Under the pieces are notes generated by a model that searched no databases, had not been told where the DNA came from, and worked only from the letters and a program-made list of their open reading frames with translations. From assembly GCA_038496445.1 (NCBI GenBank), contig JALMLS010000378.1, positions 186,001 to 250,000 on the forward strand: a stretch of 64,000 nucleotides of DNA, read 5' to 3'. A program made the position numbers and the translations under genes. Each line of letters starts with the position of its first letter. Within the stretch, counting starts at the first letter, position 1. Positions 24,133 to 46,481 of the stretch are shown in pieces. This stretch comes from Trichosphaerium sp. ATCC 40318 (lineage: Eukaryota > Protista > Tubulinea).

Positions 24133-27100
24133 CTAAACCTTCCTTGGTACAACATCATCAATAAAACCATAACTTTCTTTATCTCCATTCTCCCACCTAT
24201 TATATAGAATCTGGCTGGATCCACGAATAACTACATCTAAAGGCTTGGAAACCCTATAATCGGTAGATTTCGATTGCCCTTAAAAAAAAACATTAATAAA
24301 ATCACAAGCAAATTTGAAGCAAAAAAAGTTCATCCGTGAGGATACCAATATTTTCAAAATACTAATCAACGAAAGCGTTTGATATAACTTTGTTAGAAAA
24401 CACATTCAGATGAAGTAAACCTTCGTGAGAAAAGAAAAAAAAATCAATCCGAAAAAAAAACCGGAATTTTCTTTCTGTTCACGCTCCTTCAACTCAAAGT
24501 CACGTGTATTGCCAAAAGAAGTATAATTTGATGTAAAATACGTACCAGACCATGCATAGTAATCGTGGTCCCTGTTACAAGTATAACAAGTTGAGTTATA
24601 TATCAAAGTAGATACAAGCATGTCAACCTTAGATTTTGCTTTTTTAGATGGTTTAAGTGTATCCCAACACTCTTTATCAAGAGCGCATGCAAGTGAAGGT
24701 ATGATTATGGAGTTATAAGACCAACTTCCCTAAACAAAGTGTTAAAAGCAAGTAAGAAGTAGTTGAAAGAAACAAGTTGTGAAATGAAAGTCTTGGAGCG
24801 TTCACTGGTGAACTTGTGACTTTGTGAATGACGTGACTGAGCTATTTAAGTATAGAACAGAAAAAGGGTCGTCTACTAGTTATAAAGTTAAGTTGGTACC
24901 TTTTTGAAACCAAGATGGTTGGCAGTGCATAGTGGTCGAAATTTAAAATCTTTTGGGTCTAAGTTGAGTTCGTTATAAAATGCTTTTATTGACTCTGAAT
25001 CCTTAAATCCTTCCAGTGTATCACCCTAAATTTGTCAATTAGATTAACACGAAACAAGAGAAAAAGAAACATAAACAGCCACATTAACAGAAAGGAAAAC
25101 TAACATAAAAAAAGCAACAGGTAGTTGTTTTTATGACCTGAACTAGTCTCCTCATTGCAACAGACGCGTACCCATATAGTTGATGCAAACATGCCATCTC
25201 TGTTAAGCAATAAGGAAAGTGGATCGATAGAATTCTGTATCTCATATCCGGGCATTAACCAAAAGAAAGAGTTGTACTTATCAGCTGCAGTCTTCCAAAC
25301 AACAGGCAGAAATGCTAATGTTGAGTAATCTCTAACGTATCCAGGGAAGTGCTCCCAGTCGATTGTATCAATGAAAAGATTATCCCAGTCCTTAGACTCA
25401 AGGATAGACTGTGTTTCATCATCAAGAGGGTACACAATAATCTAAACAATCAAAAAATAAATCTCTAACAGTAAGAAAATAACAAGAACGTTTACCTTTA
25501 CTCCTGGAGCATGATGTTGTAGGGAACCAGCAAGATTTTGAAGCATTCTCATATCTTTCTTTTGTACTGCTGTAACAAATCTATATGTTGTTGTAACATC
25601 TGTAACTGGTCTATAGTCAAAACAATTAGAACAAACGATGGTTGTGATATACCAAAATGATTATTTCCAAATTACCTCTTATTCTTTTTGACGCAGCTCA
25701 GCATTGTCGAACCTTGACACGTACAAGGATGATCACGATCTTGATGATGAAATTGAGCCTTCTGGTGACTCCATAATTTGGCATTAACATCTTCTTTAAA
25801 ACAAGTTTCGCCTCTAAAAAATACGGAACAAAATTAGTTTTCTCTTGCAATAAAAATAAACAAAACCTGGTTTACTACAAGAAGAAACACATTGGTTATA
25901 ACCAATACGAGCCTGTGTATGTTTGTGTAGCCCACAGAACCAAAAAGAAGAAAAGTTATGAAACAACTTAACGTACTTTTCCTTATTCTTTGCATGCTTT
26001 TTGTACAATGATTTACCTTGATTACGTCTGTGGAATAAAACTTGCCTTCCAACCTTTAACGGATCATACTTCACTCTTACTCTGTGATCCGTAAAGGCTG
26101 TGTCCATATGACACTGGACACACCAATTCTTATAAACAAGCAAAGAAAACAAAGGTTGATCTTTACCAAACCTAAAAAACAATCAAAAAAAAAATACTTT
26201 CAAAAAAAGAACTTGAAATTCTTTTTTTTGTTACGCGTACGATCGAAGCTCGTTGCCAGGTTTTGCAGGCATAATGCACTTTGGATCTTTAGAGCATTCA
26301 ACTGCAGGTTTTATTATCGCCTAGGCACCAACACGTTAAGAGAAAATAATTTTTCATTATGTCCACTTGTTTTGGCCTATTTTCGTACTTCATAAGCGCC
26401 TCCCCAGTATGTAAGGCCAGATACGCCACCAGCGACCATAGGTTTTCCATAAAAATCCTAAAAAAAAGAAACGTCAACTTTGTAAGGTTGGAGTAAATAT
26501 ATCCTTTTTTTTTTGAAGTTTTTGCTTGTGGTTGTATTCTCAATTTGAGAGTAACTTTTTTTTATTTAAAATTACCTGCGATGTGGTATTAAAATATTTG
26601 AATAATCCATCACGACTACCACGTGTCATAGTATCGCCCATACCAGTGCAAAAATAACCGTCTTTTTCGATACGTTTTTGAATGAAACCTAAAGGCTGAC
26701 GTAGCTCATAACCACTATCCAAGTATAAAACCTACATATCATAATATTAGCCCATCAAATACTGAGTTTTAAAAAAAAGTAAGAAATGTGACACGTGTCA
26801 AAATGTCTTAAAATGGTAATAATAAAAAAAAGTTAAATTGATACCTTTCCATACGCTTGAGTCGCTAGATCAATAACAAGTGCTTTCCAAGCGAAATTTC
26901 GAAGTTTCTTAACATGTACGGGGTACTACATCAGAATTTAGTACGTGTCTACGCGCGTAGACGCCAAACGAATGAAGGCAAAAAAAAAAAGCTTGAACTT
27001 AGGGCATACATCTTTGAAAGGGAACTTTACAACAGTTACGTTGCAGTAATCTATCTTCTTTTTGATTCCAAGATCATAAACCACCAATTGAACACCTGGC

Positions 27101-27648
27101 GCCCAAACATGCATAGAACCAACTAAATTCCTAGTAGGATGAGTATTTTAGCCAAATAAAGTGTCAACTTTGTTAAGAAAGCGGTTTATCGCCTAAACGT
27201 ACTGTAGATGATTTAAAAAACCCTGTGAAGTAGCTGTAACCACAGTAAGAGGCACATTGGCGCCTTCATGCTCCAAATCGCTTCGTGGTTTACACGGATC
27301 GTGTATTACTTTAATCTTTTGTGCTTCCTCTTTAAAGTGGTGATATTCTTGACGAGAACGACGTTAGACTACTTGATTTTTTTTACATTTTGTACCATTA
27401 AAGTTAAATTGCTCTTCACCGTACAGTACGTTCATTGGTTTGTCATAGTCAATTTTCGTGGCAGTAGTGCCTATTTTATCCGTTTTTGACGCCTGCAATG
27501 GCTCTGTTGTAGGCGTAGATTTGCTATACATAGCGAAATAGAAGTATACGCAAACAAGCAAATACGTAATCGCCAAACAACCGAAAAATGTGTTGCGACT
27601 GCACCCAAAGCCTGCACTAGATGTTCGCCTACTCTTCATACCCCTCAT
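24133..27648 (-). CDS. Type II membrane protein with two DUF1647-like (putative glycosyltransferase) domains (multi-exon)
   Basis: N-terminal signal anchor; repeated pattern FAWKALVI...VLYLDSGYELRQPL and LAFLPVVW...FFWLMPGYEIQNSI. Confidence 0.65.
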
Positions 27649-27866
27649 ATAGCTTTATCGCGTTTACAAGTGGCACCACGTCGATTGATTCCTTAATACT
27701 TTTGCACATGACTTAAAATAACCTTGCTCTGCTTCAGGTGTATTTGACACAGCGCAATTTTTTAGTTTCCAGATACAAGTAAAGTCATCTAAATGTACAC
27801 TGTTTAATTTTTTTTTTACAGACTTCAAAAATGTCTTCTTATCCATAACACTACCTTGTGATTGTC

Positions 27867-30800
27867 TCAGTGGTGCACATGCATATGATGATGGTGATGA
27901 TGTTGTTGGTGATGATGACTCTTTCTATGTGGAGCTAAAAAATATTAAGAGAGCACGATGTCAAAAGAAAACAAGTAGACTTCGAAAAAGTGGGGATGAA
28001 AAATCATACCTGGGCTTGTTTGAATAACAGAACGATTAGAGGATAGTACATCGTCTGGATGATGATGATGTTCATCCATTCCTTCTCTGTTTCTATGTTT
28101 TACTCTCTTACGTTTCATAGAGTGCTTATGGTCCACACTTTGCATGATACTAATACATGCGAATTCACCGACATTAGTGCCTTCAAAAAAAAAGTCAACA
28201 ACAAATATTATCGCTTTCTCTATGCTGGCTCGTACTTATAGCGTAGTTATATATTGTAGCTGGTAATAATCCAAAAACACTGACTGAAAAGGTAATAATT
28301 GGAATCCATTTCCATGCAGGAGGAATAGATACAGCACCTAAAGTAGTTTCACAAGTTAGAAAATAATAGTTTAATATTTGTTTCAAACGAAGAACGTACC
28401 AAATAAAGAAGCGACCATAATTGCAAAAAAAGTAGCCAATAGTGATATCTGAAGTTGTAGTAGGTACAGAAAAAAGTTGGGAGTACCCAACCTGAGATTA
28501 TGTCAGAAGTTATGAATTTTTTGATGAAAAAGAAAGTTACATACCAAAATAGAGCTTTGTGCTTAGAGTTAGGCTTAAAAGCGCGCTTTACGATACCACT
28601 GCAACGTTTCTTACCGCGACATACAGGAATACAACACGTAGTAATCCATAACAAATCAGACTAGCGTAGAGATTAGAGTTTGTTTGAAAAAAAACAAGGA
28701 ATAAGAAGTGATATTATTAAAGGTACCTGATGGTGAATACCACTGCTATGACGGTGACTACCTTTATGATGGTGACCTATAATTTATTAGCTTTTGTTTA
28801 CTGTTAGTTAATTTATTGGTATGTACCGTGATGGTGATGATGATGATGGTGGTGATGGTGATGGTGATGATGATGTTTCTTTTTCTTATTTGGATCCTTT
28901 TTCTTATCAGGCCATGCGAGTAACTTAGTATCTCCATCATTCTTTACTCTATTTGTGTAGTTTTCTGGTAGGCTATCAGAATCCGATGTATGGGAGCTAG
29001 AGTAACTGGTTTCGCTGTAGCTGAATAACAGTGAGAAGGAGGAAGTAATTAAAGACAAAAAAAAAACTTGAAAAAAATTCCAATAAACGTACTTGCTAGA
29101 CGAGTAACTAGTATAACTGCTCATTGAGCCAGATGAAGAACTACTCATCCTTCTGTGTTTCTTTTTACTAACTTGTGCAGATGCGCTTCTTACAACAGGT
29201 TTTGCTTTTTTCGGTTTATGCTTCAAAGATAATGTTGATTTAAACCCTCTTTTACGCTTGCTAATCTTAGGGTGACCAACAACGTCAGCATCAGCACCAG
29301 CTAGAGGAATCACAACATCTTGACCATGATTTGATATAGGTTCAGTATCGCTAGAATCTGATTCATTGGAATCACCAGCCGAGCTAAATGAACAATTAAC
29401 ACGCTAATTAAAAAAATACATTGCGATTCACTGTCCCGTGCCACTTAGACAATGAATGAAGTATGTAAAAGGAATGTGATACTACGTACTTGATGAGTTT
29501 CTTACGAAGCTGAGAAGACTTTTCTGGTTCTGAGTTTCTGCGTGGTGTCTCACGTGGAGATTTTTTACTTTTTTTGGTAGGTGTTGCCAAGTCATTGATT
29601 GATCCTTTTCTTGAGGAGTGTTTAGTTTTTGGCGCAGGAGCGCCACTATGTTCTTCTTTAGGCTCTTTCTTTGGTGGTCTCTTACGTCCAGAAGATGGAG
29701 ATCGCGAAAAGAATGATTTCTTCTTCTCCACACCTGTCTTGTTTGAAACCTTTGGAGAACCAGGAAGGAACTCAAATATTTTTCTTCGTTTCTCTGTTTT
29801 ATACTCCAACTCACGCTTTTTCTCCAGCTCAGAAATTTTCTATTAATCAATTGTTAAATAAGAAGCAAAAAAAGGAGTAAAAAATAAGAAAATTATTCGA
29901 GTTTTTTTTTTTTGAAGTCGTGCCTCTTCACCAACTTGAGTCATCGCTTTTTTATGAAACATAGATGAACTTTTTTCAATTCTTTGTTGTACAGCTTGCA
30001 TTTGTCCTTCTAGTTGCTTTTTTTGCTCATGACCTTCCTTTGGTTTCTCCCAGTGAATATCAATCGTTCCCTATGTTTTTTTAATAAAAAAAACCCGAGC
30101 ACTTCAAACTGTCTTGACTATTATTCATCGTACCTTCACGTTTCGGAATGTCAATCGAGATTTTACGTATAGGAGCAAGTTGAAAAGGAAAATAACAATC
30201 TCAAGAAGCAAGTATGGAACCCACAAGTACTTAGAAGATTGATCAATTTCATGACCTTCTGTATCTAGTTTTCGCTCCGAAATGATCGAGAATGGTAACC
30301 ATATACCAAGTTCAATTATGAGAACAAATAAGAGAATAGACCTAAAGTGTAATTGTGAGTTTACTGTTTTAGAATTTTTTGAAAGGAAAGCGGAGAAATA
30401 CATTTTCGGATGTTTTAGCGTACCAGTGAATTTGACTTAGCTCTCCGACTTTATTACGCATTGCACGCTTTAGATAGATATCAAATCTACGCTCTTAGTA
30501 AGTAAAGAGAGCAAAAGAAGCAGAAAAAGAAATTTCAATAAAAAAAAGTGTCAAAAAAACAAAAACATGTCACTTACCTAAAATCTTCTTGTAGCGCATG
30601 ATTTTTAATAAAATGATAACGGATCAGTTTATAAGCATGTTCATTCCTCACTTGATAATTATGTATCCAATTCATTGGATTAAAATACGTCCAACGTGAT
30701 TTTAAAGTCACATCTTCTATATCGTCGAATCTGCCGAAAAAAAGTCAACAATAACGAACTATAACGATATTTTGATACTCAAATACGCGAGAAAAGGTTC

Positions 30801-31499
30801 CAAACAGCCTTATGAGCTAGCAAAACAAAGTTTGTAAAGTTTTTTTTCAAAATGTTTTTTTTGGACCACAAATTACTTGGATAGGTTTCAAACTATTATG
30901 ATTGTTTTATACGCACTTTCTTTGTGTTTTATAGATATCTACCTGCTCGTAATTTTTCCACCTGCGGAAAATAACAACTGATATTACGGCGACAACCATC
31001 ATTACCACAATATAAAATATTGATAGTGCGAATAGCGATACATGGACAAAATGGAGAATATCCGTTGTTTGAGAATGCCCATCTGAAAATTGTTCAACTA
31101 CAAAGAGGATAATAGACCATAAACCAACCACTGTCAATTCTAATGGCGTCGTGCGTAATTAATATAATTGTCGTTGTAAAAATCGATTACATACCCTTGT
31201 ACAAGAACTGCAGCATAAGCCGTAGGTGCGGTTGGTTTTCCCATAGCTAAAAAGGTGTTAATACAGCAAATATTGTCTGTTTTTTGTCATACCATTTGTA
31301 GCAGGTCTGTAATTAGTTCCCATACAAAGTTTACAACTACCAACAGCGCCAGAACGCCAATCAATAATGTAACTTCATCTTTTGGAAGAGCGTTCAAAAA
31401 CGATAACAAGCTAGTAGCGGAGCCGTGTGTTGTCGAATTGCCGCAATCATCAGACGGCGCACCTCCTGCCAGGAGGTGGCGCATTCCGAACTCTTGCAT
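27867..31499 (-). CDS. MLO: MLO-family 7-TM protein with large low-complexity loop and poly-His tracts (multi-exon)
   Basis: MLO motifs in order: YKELTVVGLWSIIL; LHFVHVSLFALSIFYI...RRWKNYE; YKLIRYHFIKNH...FRFDIYLKR; LFWLGTPNFFLYLLQ. Last exon ends APHRKSHHHQQHHHHHHMHVHH*. Confidence 0.85.
28828..28875 (-). repeat. (CAY)16 repeat encoding His16
   Basis: 48 nt of mixed CAT/CAC codons within an MLO exon. Confidence 0.95.
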
Positions 31500-31714
31500 G
31501 ATACCCTTACTTTAAATCAAGTGTGCAGGAGCGAATAGTGAGGTCAAACGGCGTGTTGATCTTTTGTTATGGCTTAATGAAGTTCAGCGCCACAAAACTT
31601 TCAGCCTTAGTCCTCAAACGAACATTTCAAAAATCTCCGAACGGTTTTGTGCTTTTTTTTGAGTGTAACAAGATTTAGCCCGAAAAAATTATTTCCGTTA
31701 CTCTACAAAAAACA

Positions 31715-34472
31715 ATGAGCGTCGAAACAAATGTACCAGTGTTCACCAATTCCTTCGCTAACAGTAAACTAGTTATCTTCTATTCTTTTAAACATAGCCC
31801 CAGGTGCTGGAGTGTCTATTTCTCAGGTATTTGAACAAAAACAACTCTAAAAGCAAGTTCTTATTGTTTACAGGCCTTAAAAGCGCTGGGTAGCGTAAAG
31901 GCGTTGATAGATACAATCATAGACGACCAAACGCTAGTAAAAAGCCGGAAGGTTACTAATACAGCTGGTCCGCTGGCATGGGCGCCTAAGACACTTGAAA
32001 TCGTATTGAAAGAAATATTACTACATCTCGGTAAGTGTCAACTTGCAAACTCATCGAATTGCCCATATAACGACTTAATTTAGGTTTTAAGCTATGTGAG
32101 GGCACCTACAATAAAGATATTCCTGAAAGGCTAGCAGAGGAAAAAGAACAACTACAAACAGCTTCAGACGCCATAAGTGAACGAGAAAAATGCCTGAGAG
32201 GTGAGTAAAACCAAAAACGAACTACGTTTCTACTTTTCTTTTCTCAAACTCCATTTCAACGCTTTGAACTCCAATTTCGGTGAGAGCACCAAAGTAGTTT
32301 AACCGTAACACTAAAAACACGAATCTTTCCTTTTTCGACAAAACGAATTCTGATTTTCAAAACTCTCTTTTGCGTTTGTGAAGCATGTCTCATACCAACG
32401 GTACAAAAACCAGCGAATACGATCCAAAAAACTGCATTTTTGACATTTGCTAGAACCTTTCGAAGGCAATCATTTGTGCTTACCTCACCATAATCTGGAG
32501 TACTGGGCTGTAATCGAAACATCTTTGAAAGAAAAAATACCTTCCATTGATGCACTGGAAGCGCTGTTAGTTAAACTTGGATCTTATGACGAGGCTCCTT
32601 TCTTCAAGTAGGCAACTTTTTTTTTACTTTTCTTGTATTTGCCAACATTGTAAAGGTGCTACTTTGATGAAAAAATTATGCGCGATGGTGTACACAGACG
32701 AGCTGTGATGCATCATTTTCTTGATACTACACTACCTTTCATACAAGCTATGGCATTGCGTCTTCCAGAACTATTTCCGGATCCTGTAGTGCACATAGTT
32801 GCTGGCACAGATAAAGTAGTATTAACACGTGAACAGGTACCAACTATCCTCTTTTAAAAAAAGAAATCCTTAACAACTCAGGTATCTTGTTTGTTGTGTC
32901 ACTTCTTTTTTTGCACGCTAGATCCACCTCGTGATATCCACAAGTACGCTAACAGCATCCTCCAATATGGTTCTAACCTATGTGAACAAAAAAGCCATCT
33001 ACAATTCAATTCATCAAACAGTGATTTTGGCTCCCTTTTCATGACAACACGCTGTTCGCATCCGTTGAGTCCTACTACATGTCCCACAGAGGTATATGAG
33101 CTTATTTAATAATATGCTTACTGTTTAGTCCGTTGTTGTTTGCATCTTGGAATATTTCACTCGCATAGTTACCAAGGTGCCATCAGGGAACTTGATTATC
33201 CAAAAGAAGGTACGCTCAAGGCACAAACCATCAATGTAATTGTTTTCGTAGTTACTAGATAAACCACCCACTTGGGAGGAATCTACCACCAAGCTTACTG
33301 AAAGCCATATATCGATTAAGAACAAATTACGAATAGAAGATTCTAAAGCTCCTTTCCAAGTTGACTTTGCAAATGAAGTACTACTCTATCATTATCTTGC
33401 GAGTGCTAACTCTGGGTAGTTTATTGGAGGTGGAGCACTCTGTGGTATAGCTTTTTCTTACTTTTTCTTGTGCTAACCCAATTTGTCATTAAAAAAGGTG
33501 GTAATGTTCAGGAGGAAATATTATTTGCTATTAAACCTGAACTGTTCGTATCAATGCTTCTGTGTACCAAGATGGAGGATAACGAAGTAACAATTAAGCC
33601 ACACAAGTAATTTTCTTAGTTTATTCGTAGGTTATAGTCATAAGTGGTGCAGAGCAGTTCTCTAATTACACTGGATATGGTAGCTCTTTCAAATTTGCTG
33701 GTGGGTCCAGTAGCTTTTATTTTAGCAACTCAATGTGCGTAGGGCCAAGAAAAGACCTTACTCCAATGAATGAACATCTGTGGTATGTTGTGTTTTTTTG
33801 AATAGTAAAATAAGAACTAATTGCAATTATAGTTGTTTAGAAAGTCATGTTGTGGTATGCCCTATACATTAAGGCGTTCTGAGAAACGTACTTAACAATG
33901 CTCTAGGCTATGGATGCTATCGTATCACATGGAAACAGGCAGTTCAAGCGCGAGTACGTTAGAGTAACAAATGGTACCATATTGACTTTGTACTAGTAAT
34001 CTACTCAGAGATTTAAATAAAGCGCACTTGGGCTTTTCTTCTCACAAAGAAATGAAAGTAGTTGGCGAAACTTCAGTAGCTACAGGCAATTGGGTGAGTA
34101 ATTAACCAAGTATATTATCTTTTTAATTGTTCAAGGGCTGTGGAATGTTTAGCGGAGACTTGGAGTTAAAAGCATTGCAACAAGTACTAGCAGGTGCTCA
34201 AGCAGGTACATCAACTTTCTATTACATATTTTATAGTATCTCACTTGAACTAGGAATTAAAGTGACGTATTGCACATTTGGTAAAAGAGATTTTTGTCAC
34301 GTGCGTATTCTATTACAGACTATTTACTAACATGTTGAAGGCGATGGTGAACTTTGTTGGGTTTTGTCATAAACGAGAAGCTACTGTAGGTGATGTATAC
34401 AAAGCGCTTATGGCTTTTGAACCAGATAGTTATGGAAAGAGCGTGTTTGAACATTGCAAACAATGTATGTAG
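31715..34472 (+). CDS. PARG: Poly(ADP-ribose) glycohydrolase (multi-exon)
   Basis: QVDFANEFIGGG...GNVQEEILFAIKPEL, GAEQFSNYTGYG, MDA, RDLNKA and VATGNWGCGMFSGD motifs. Confidence 0.93.
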
Positions 34473-34710
34473 TATCAAGCGTTATTGATGGTTTGACATT
34501 TTAACTAGATCTTGAGTGTACGCTTCAATGAAATCTTTCACTGTGAGAAGTGAATTCAAGCTCTAGCTTTACAAAGAGCGAGTTGTATGTAACAAATTTA
34601 TACTTTATTTACCACGTGTACTTTCTCTAGTTTTTTTTACCAAACGTGACAAACTTTTTCTGAGTTTAGTCAACATTTCTTGAACTTTACTACTTGTGAC
34701 AACGACCATC

Positions 34711-35450
34711 ATGGAAGTAGTTGATGCTATGCAAACCATGCCTAACAGCGTAATACTTTATTATCAGTTTTTATGTTGCCACTATTGTTTTAGCGTACGC
34801 AAACAGCTGTATTAACTGGTTTCAAGAACCAAGGAGCGATTTTGTACTTTTCAACGCGTCACATAAGCGTATTGCTATTCCTTACGCTCGTGGATAGATG
34901 TAGTATTGTGGTACACTAGTTAAACCGCTAGTAATTATTCCAACTGAGTTCAATAGACCATACTACCGCGAATGGGCGTCAGAAACTATAGATAGAAACG
35001 TCTTTAAACGTGCATATCAAGATGCTATTCTATCTGGTCTAACGGACTTGTCATTGCCAGGTAAATACGGTAACAAAATAATAGCACGTGGCCATTATAA
35101 AAGTCACGTGTAACAAATTGTGAGAAGGTGTAAAACCTGAAGAGTTCGAACTCGATAAATTTCACGTTTGGATCATCGAGGAGTTATCACGTCTGGGCTC
35201 AGGAATGGTTGGGCGTTTTTGCTGAGTTTTCGAGGGCGACCACTATGCTAAGGAAGATGGATACAAAGTACGTTTGACGTGCGCGACTAACTACTTAGAA
35301 CTTTGTTAGATGTAGATACTATGTATCCGTGGCGAAAAGATTTCTGTAGTTTCAAGATTGCTAAGGAGCAAGCGTATGCTTGCCTAGAATTTTGTGAATT
35401 TAAATCCGTACAACTTGGATCAATGGTGCATCTACAACCAAAGTTGTAGT
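34711..35450 (+). CDS. Small hypothetical multi-exon gene or pseudogene
   Basis: ATG followed by several GT-AG bounded coding-like blocks; no consistent full model obtained. Confidence 0.3.
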
Positions 35451-36074
35451 ACTACCCCGCCATTAAACAGAACTCAACACAATACCTTTATTTGCTGTCG
35501 TACGGAGCGTTGCGGAAATCAAGTTAAAGAGTTGCAAACGCAGCTGACCAAAAAAACCAAAACTGTTTTCTAGGACGGCACGTTTTTTAAGCGGTACGGG
35601 CGCCTTGTTTAATAGATAACTGGTTTCTGGAGCTATATGAATTAGACACGTTAATTAGAATATAGATACATATCACCACGTGCATCTGATCTACCATTAC
35701 CTAATTAAACTTTTTGTCTTCAAATGCTAAAAAAATTGGGAACACATAACAAAACAATTAGGTACCTCGAATAGCCATACAGTTTACACTGCTCATAGGT
35801 GTTTCCTAACCTTTTTAATACGTTAGCTTATGATGTGGACTTAACGGTTATCATTTTCGTTAAATATCAAGACAGCAAAAATAACCACAACATAACTTCA
35901 GATTGCTACAATCTTGCATAAGATCATCACGTGCAATACAAAGCACTTCGTGTCAACGGCGGCATGAGGACTTCATTTCGTGCCTGCTTTTGCAAGTCAC
36001 CCTACGTGACGAGCTGAACCGACACTTTTTCATCTCCATTGCCGCTCCTGATGCGTTTTTCTTTTTCGCTCAGC

Positions 36075-44050
<7,976 letters not shown>

Positions 44051-44358
44051 ATATATAAAATATTATCACACAACCACTGGATTTATAACCAAAAAGACTT
44101 TATGTAAACTTTTATTATGCGAAAAAATAAATATTCATAACATTTTTAAATTAGCTCTCAATTGGATGTAATAGCCCATTTTTCGCTACACTTAACGCCA
44201 ATAGACCGTTTTACTAACCCTCCAACAGTTGTATAATCTATAGTAGAAGAGAAACTGGTGTCTGAGCAAAGACGTGTTTCGCTGTTCAAATAAAGCATAT
44301 GTTTAAGTCCTGCCTGTTCTTGAGTTAAGTGTTACACCTCCAAGTTAACGTTACTACC

Positions 44359-45900
44359 ATGCAAACTAATTCAAGGTAATCGTTTGGGTTATGAATGAAT
44401 GTTATCGTTTAATTAGTATTTAGCATCTCCAAGTGGCAGTTTTCGCTTTTAGACCTTCCAATCGAAATATTAGTTCATATCATCTTATTTTTGAGGATAG
44501 GGCGCCGTTTTATTTCAGAAACATGTTGGATGCTCTATGATGCTGTTGTAAACCATACTGGAATTTACTCTATTCATCTAGAATCAAGAGAAGCGTGTGA
44601 GCGCCTTTCAAAAAGCCCACTGCTTAAAAACACCAAAATTATCCTTAAACCATTTCAATCAATAACAGACGAAGACTTGATCCTCTTGAAAGGCGTACAG
44701 GATATATGCATTAGAGGTAACAACAAAATAACAGATAAAGGAATGAAAGAGTTATCAGGAGTAAAGAAAATCTCAATTTGGGATTGCCATTCAATTACGA
44801 ATGAAGGCATTAAGTCAATCTCTGGAGCCAAGTCTATAGATTTATACAAATGTAACAACATAACAGATGAAGGATACAGGTTTATTGTTGGTGCTGAGTC
44901 TGTAGATATAAGCTATTCTTCAGTATCAGATGATGTTGTTAAGGACTTTGCTGGTGTCAAGAAAATTCGTTTGTCTGGTTGTTTTAAACTGACAGATACA
45001 GGCGTTTCTTCTCTTTGTGGTGTTCATACAATTGCAATGAGATCGCTGCATATAACTGATGAATGTATAGTAAAAATAGCAGACACTGAAAATCAAATAT
45101 ACGAGATTGATCTGTCATACACTGAAATTACTGACAAATCACTTCGAGCACTTGCTGGAGTCAAAAGCATAATTCTTAGAAAATGCTTGAACATAACTGA
45201 TACCGGTATTCAAGCACTTGCTGGTGTGCGTTCAATTATTTTGGCACGTACTAATGTCACTAATGTTGGCGTAAAAGCACTCAAGGGCGTTCACACTATT
45301 AACTTATCAAACACAGCAGTGGGCGATGAAGGTATTGAAGCACTTAAAGGAGTTTACTCCATTCAACTTCAGTCATGCTCTTTAATTACAGATAAGAGTA
45401 TGAAATTCCTATCAAATGCCCATGATGTCTCCATAAAGGGATCTAATGCTATAACTTGTGAAGGTATAAGAGAACTATCTGGAGTAGAAGAAATTTATTG
45501 TTCAGAAATCAACATTTCTTGTGATTGTCTTAAATCTATTTCACAAGCTAAAATCGTTGACATGCGTTCCTGTATCTTTGAGAGTCAAGAGGGTTTTAAG
45601 TATCTTGGAAACGCTATGAAACTGTATCTTGCTAATTCCAATATTAAGGATGAAGGATTAAAGTGGCTTGGCAAAGTTAAAATCATTGCTCTAAACAAAT
45701 GTGATATAACTGATGTTGGTGTAAAGTACTTGAAATCTGCTGTTAATTTAAACCTATCAGGATGTTCTAATATCACTTCTGATTGCCTTGAATACCTACC
45801 ATGCTTAAAAGCTCTCAATACTTATGGTACAAAGATCAAGAAGTCTGATTGTAAAGAACGAAAAATTAAGGATATGCAGTTTCAAAATCTTTTCGATTAA
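44359..45900 (+). CDS. F-box/leucine-rich-repeat protein (paralog of 3756..5516)
   Basis: Short exon 1, one intron, then LLDLPIEILVHIILFL (F-box) and ITDxGIxALAGVxSIxL repeats in one long exon. Confidence 0.9.
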
Positions 45901-46481
45901 TTCGTACATTGAGCATGCACTGTCACCTTAAAACTATACAAACATAAGAACAAACAACACCAACATCATGACATATATCCAAAGGCTTGACCTGTGGCTT
46001 CCATGTGGAAATATTCCTAGATATATGCTTGTTTTTCTTCGAATAAACCATAAGATAAAGCATTAATCCAAAATTGGATGAGTTTTACCTTTGATCAACC
46101 GCTCAAACACTGGTGTTGCATCTGTATTGGAACGCCCACTTTTGCTGCTGAGTTTAGGGAAGGAAATTTGCTCATATGGTAAAACTCGCCAACCTTCATC
46201 AATAACTTTGTTTAGCTTTGTACTCTGGTCTGTTATTTGCCTTTGTCTCTTCTTTTCCGAGTCCTATATTTTACGTTTTTTTGCGAGCGCCTGCTGCCGT
46301 TGACATTATCACGCAGTAATTGGCGCGTAGGAGCATAACGTTTACGTGATTTTATGATTGTTTAACGGTTTGCTTTTCTACGATTGGAATAGGTAACCAA
46401 TGTTTGTTCCCTGCCATTTTCAAAACAAGGATTCAACGGTTTTCAGTCGAGTACTTTTCTGTAAAGACTTTATTCGTTTTA

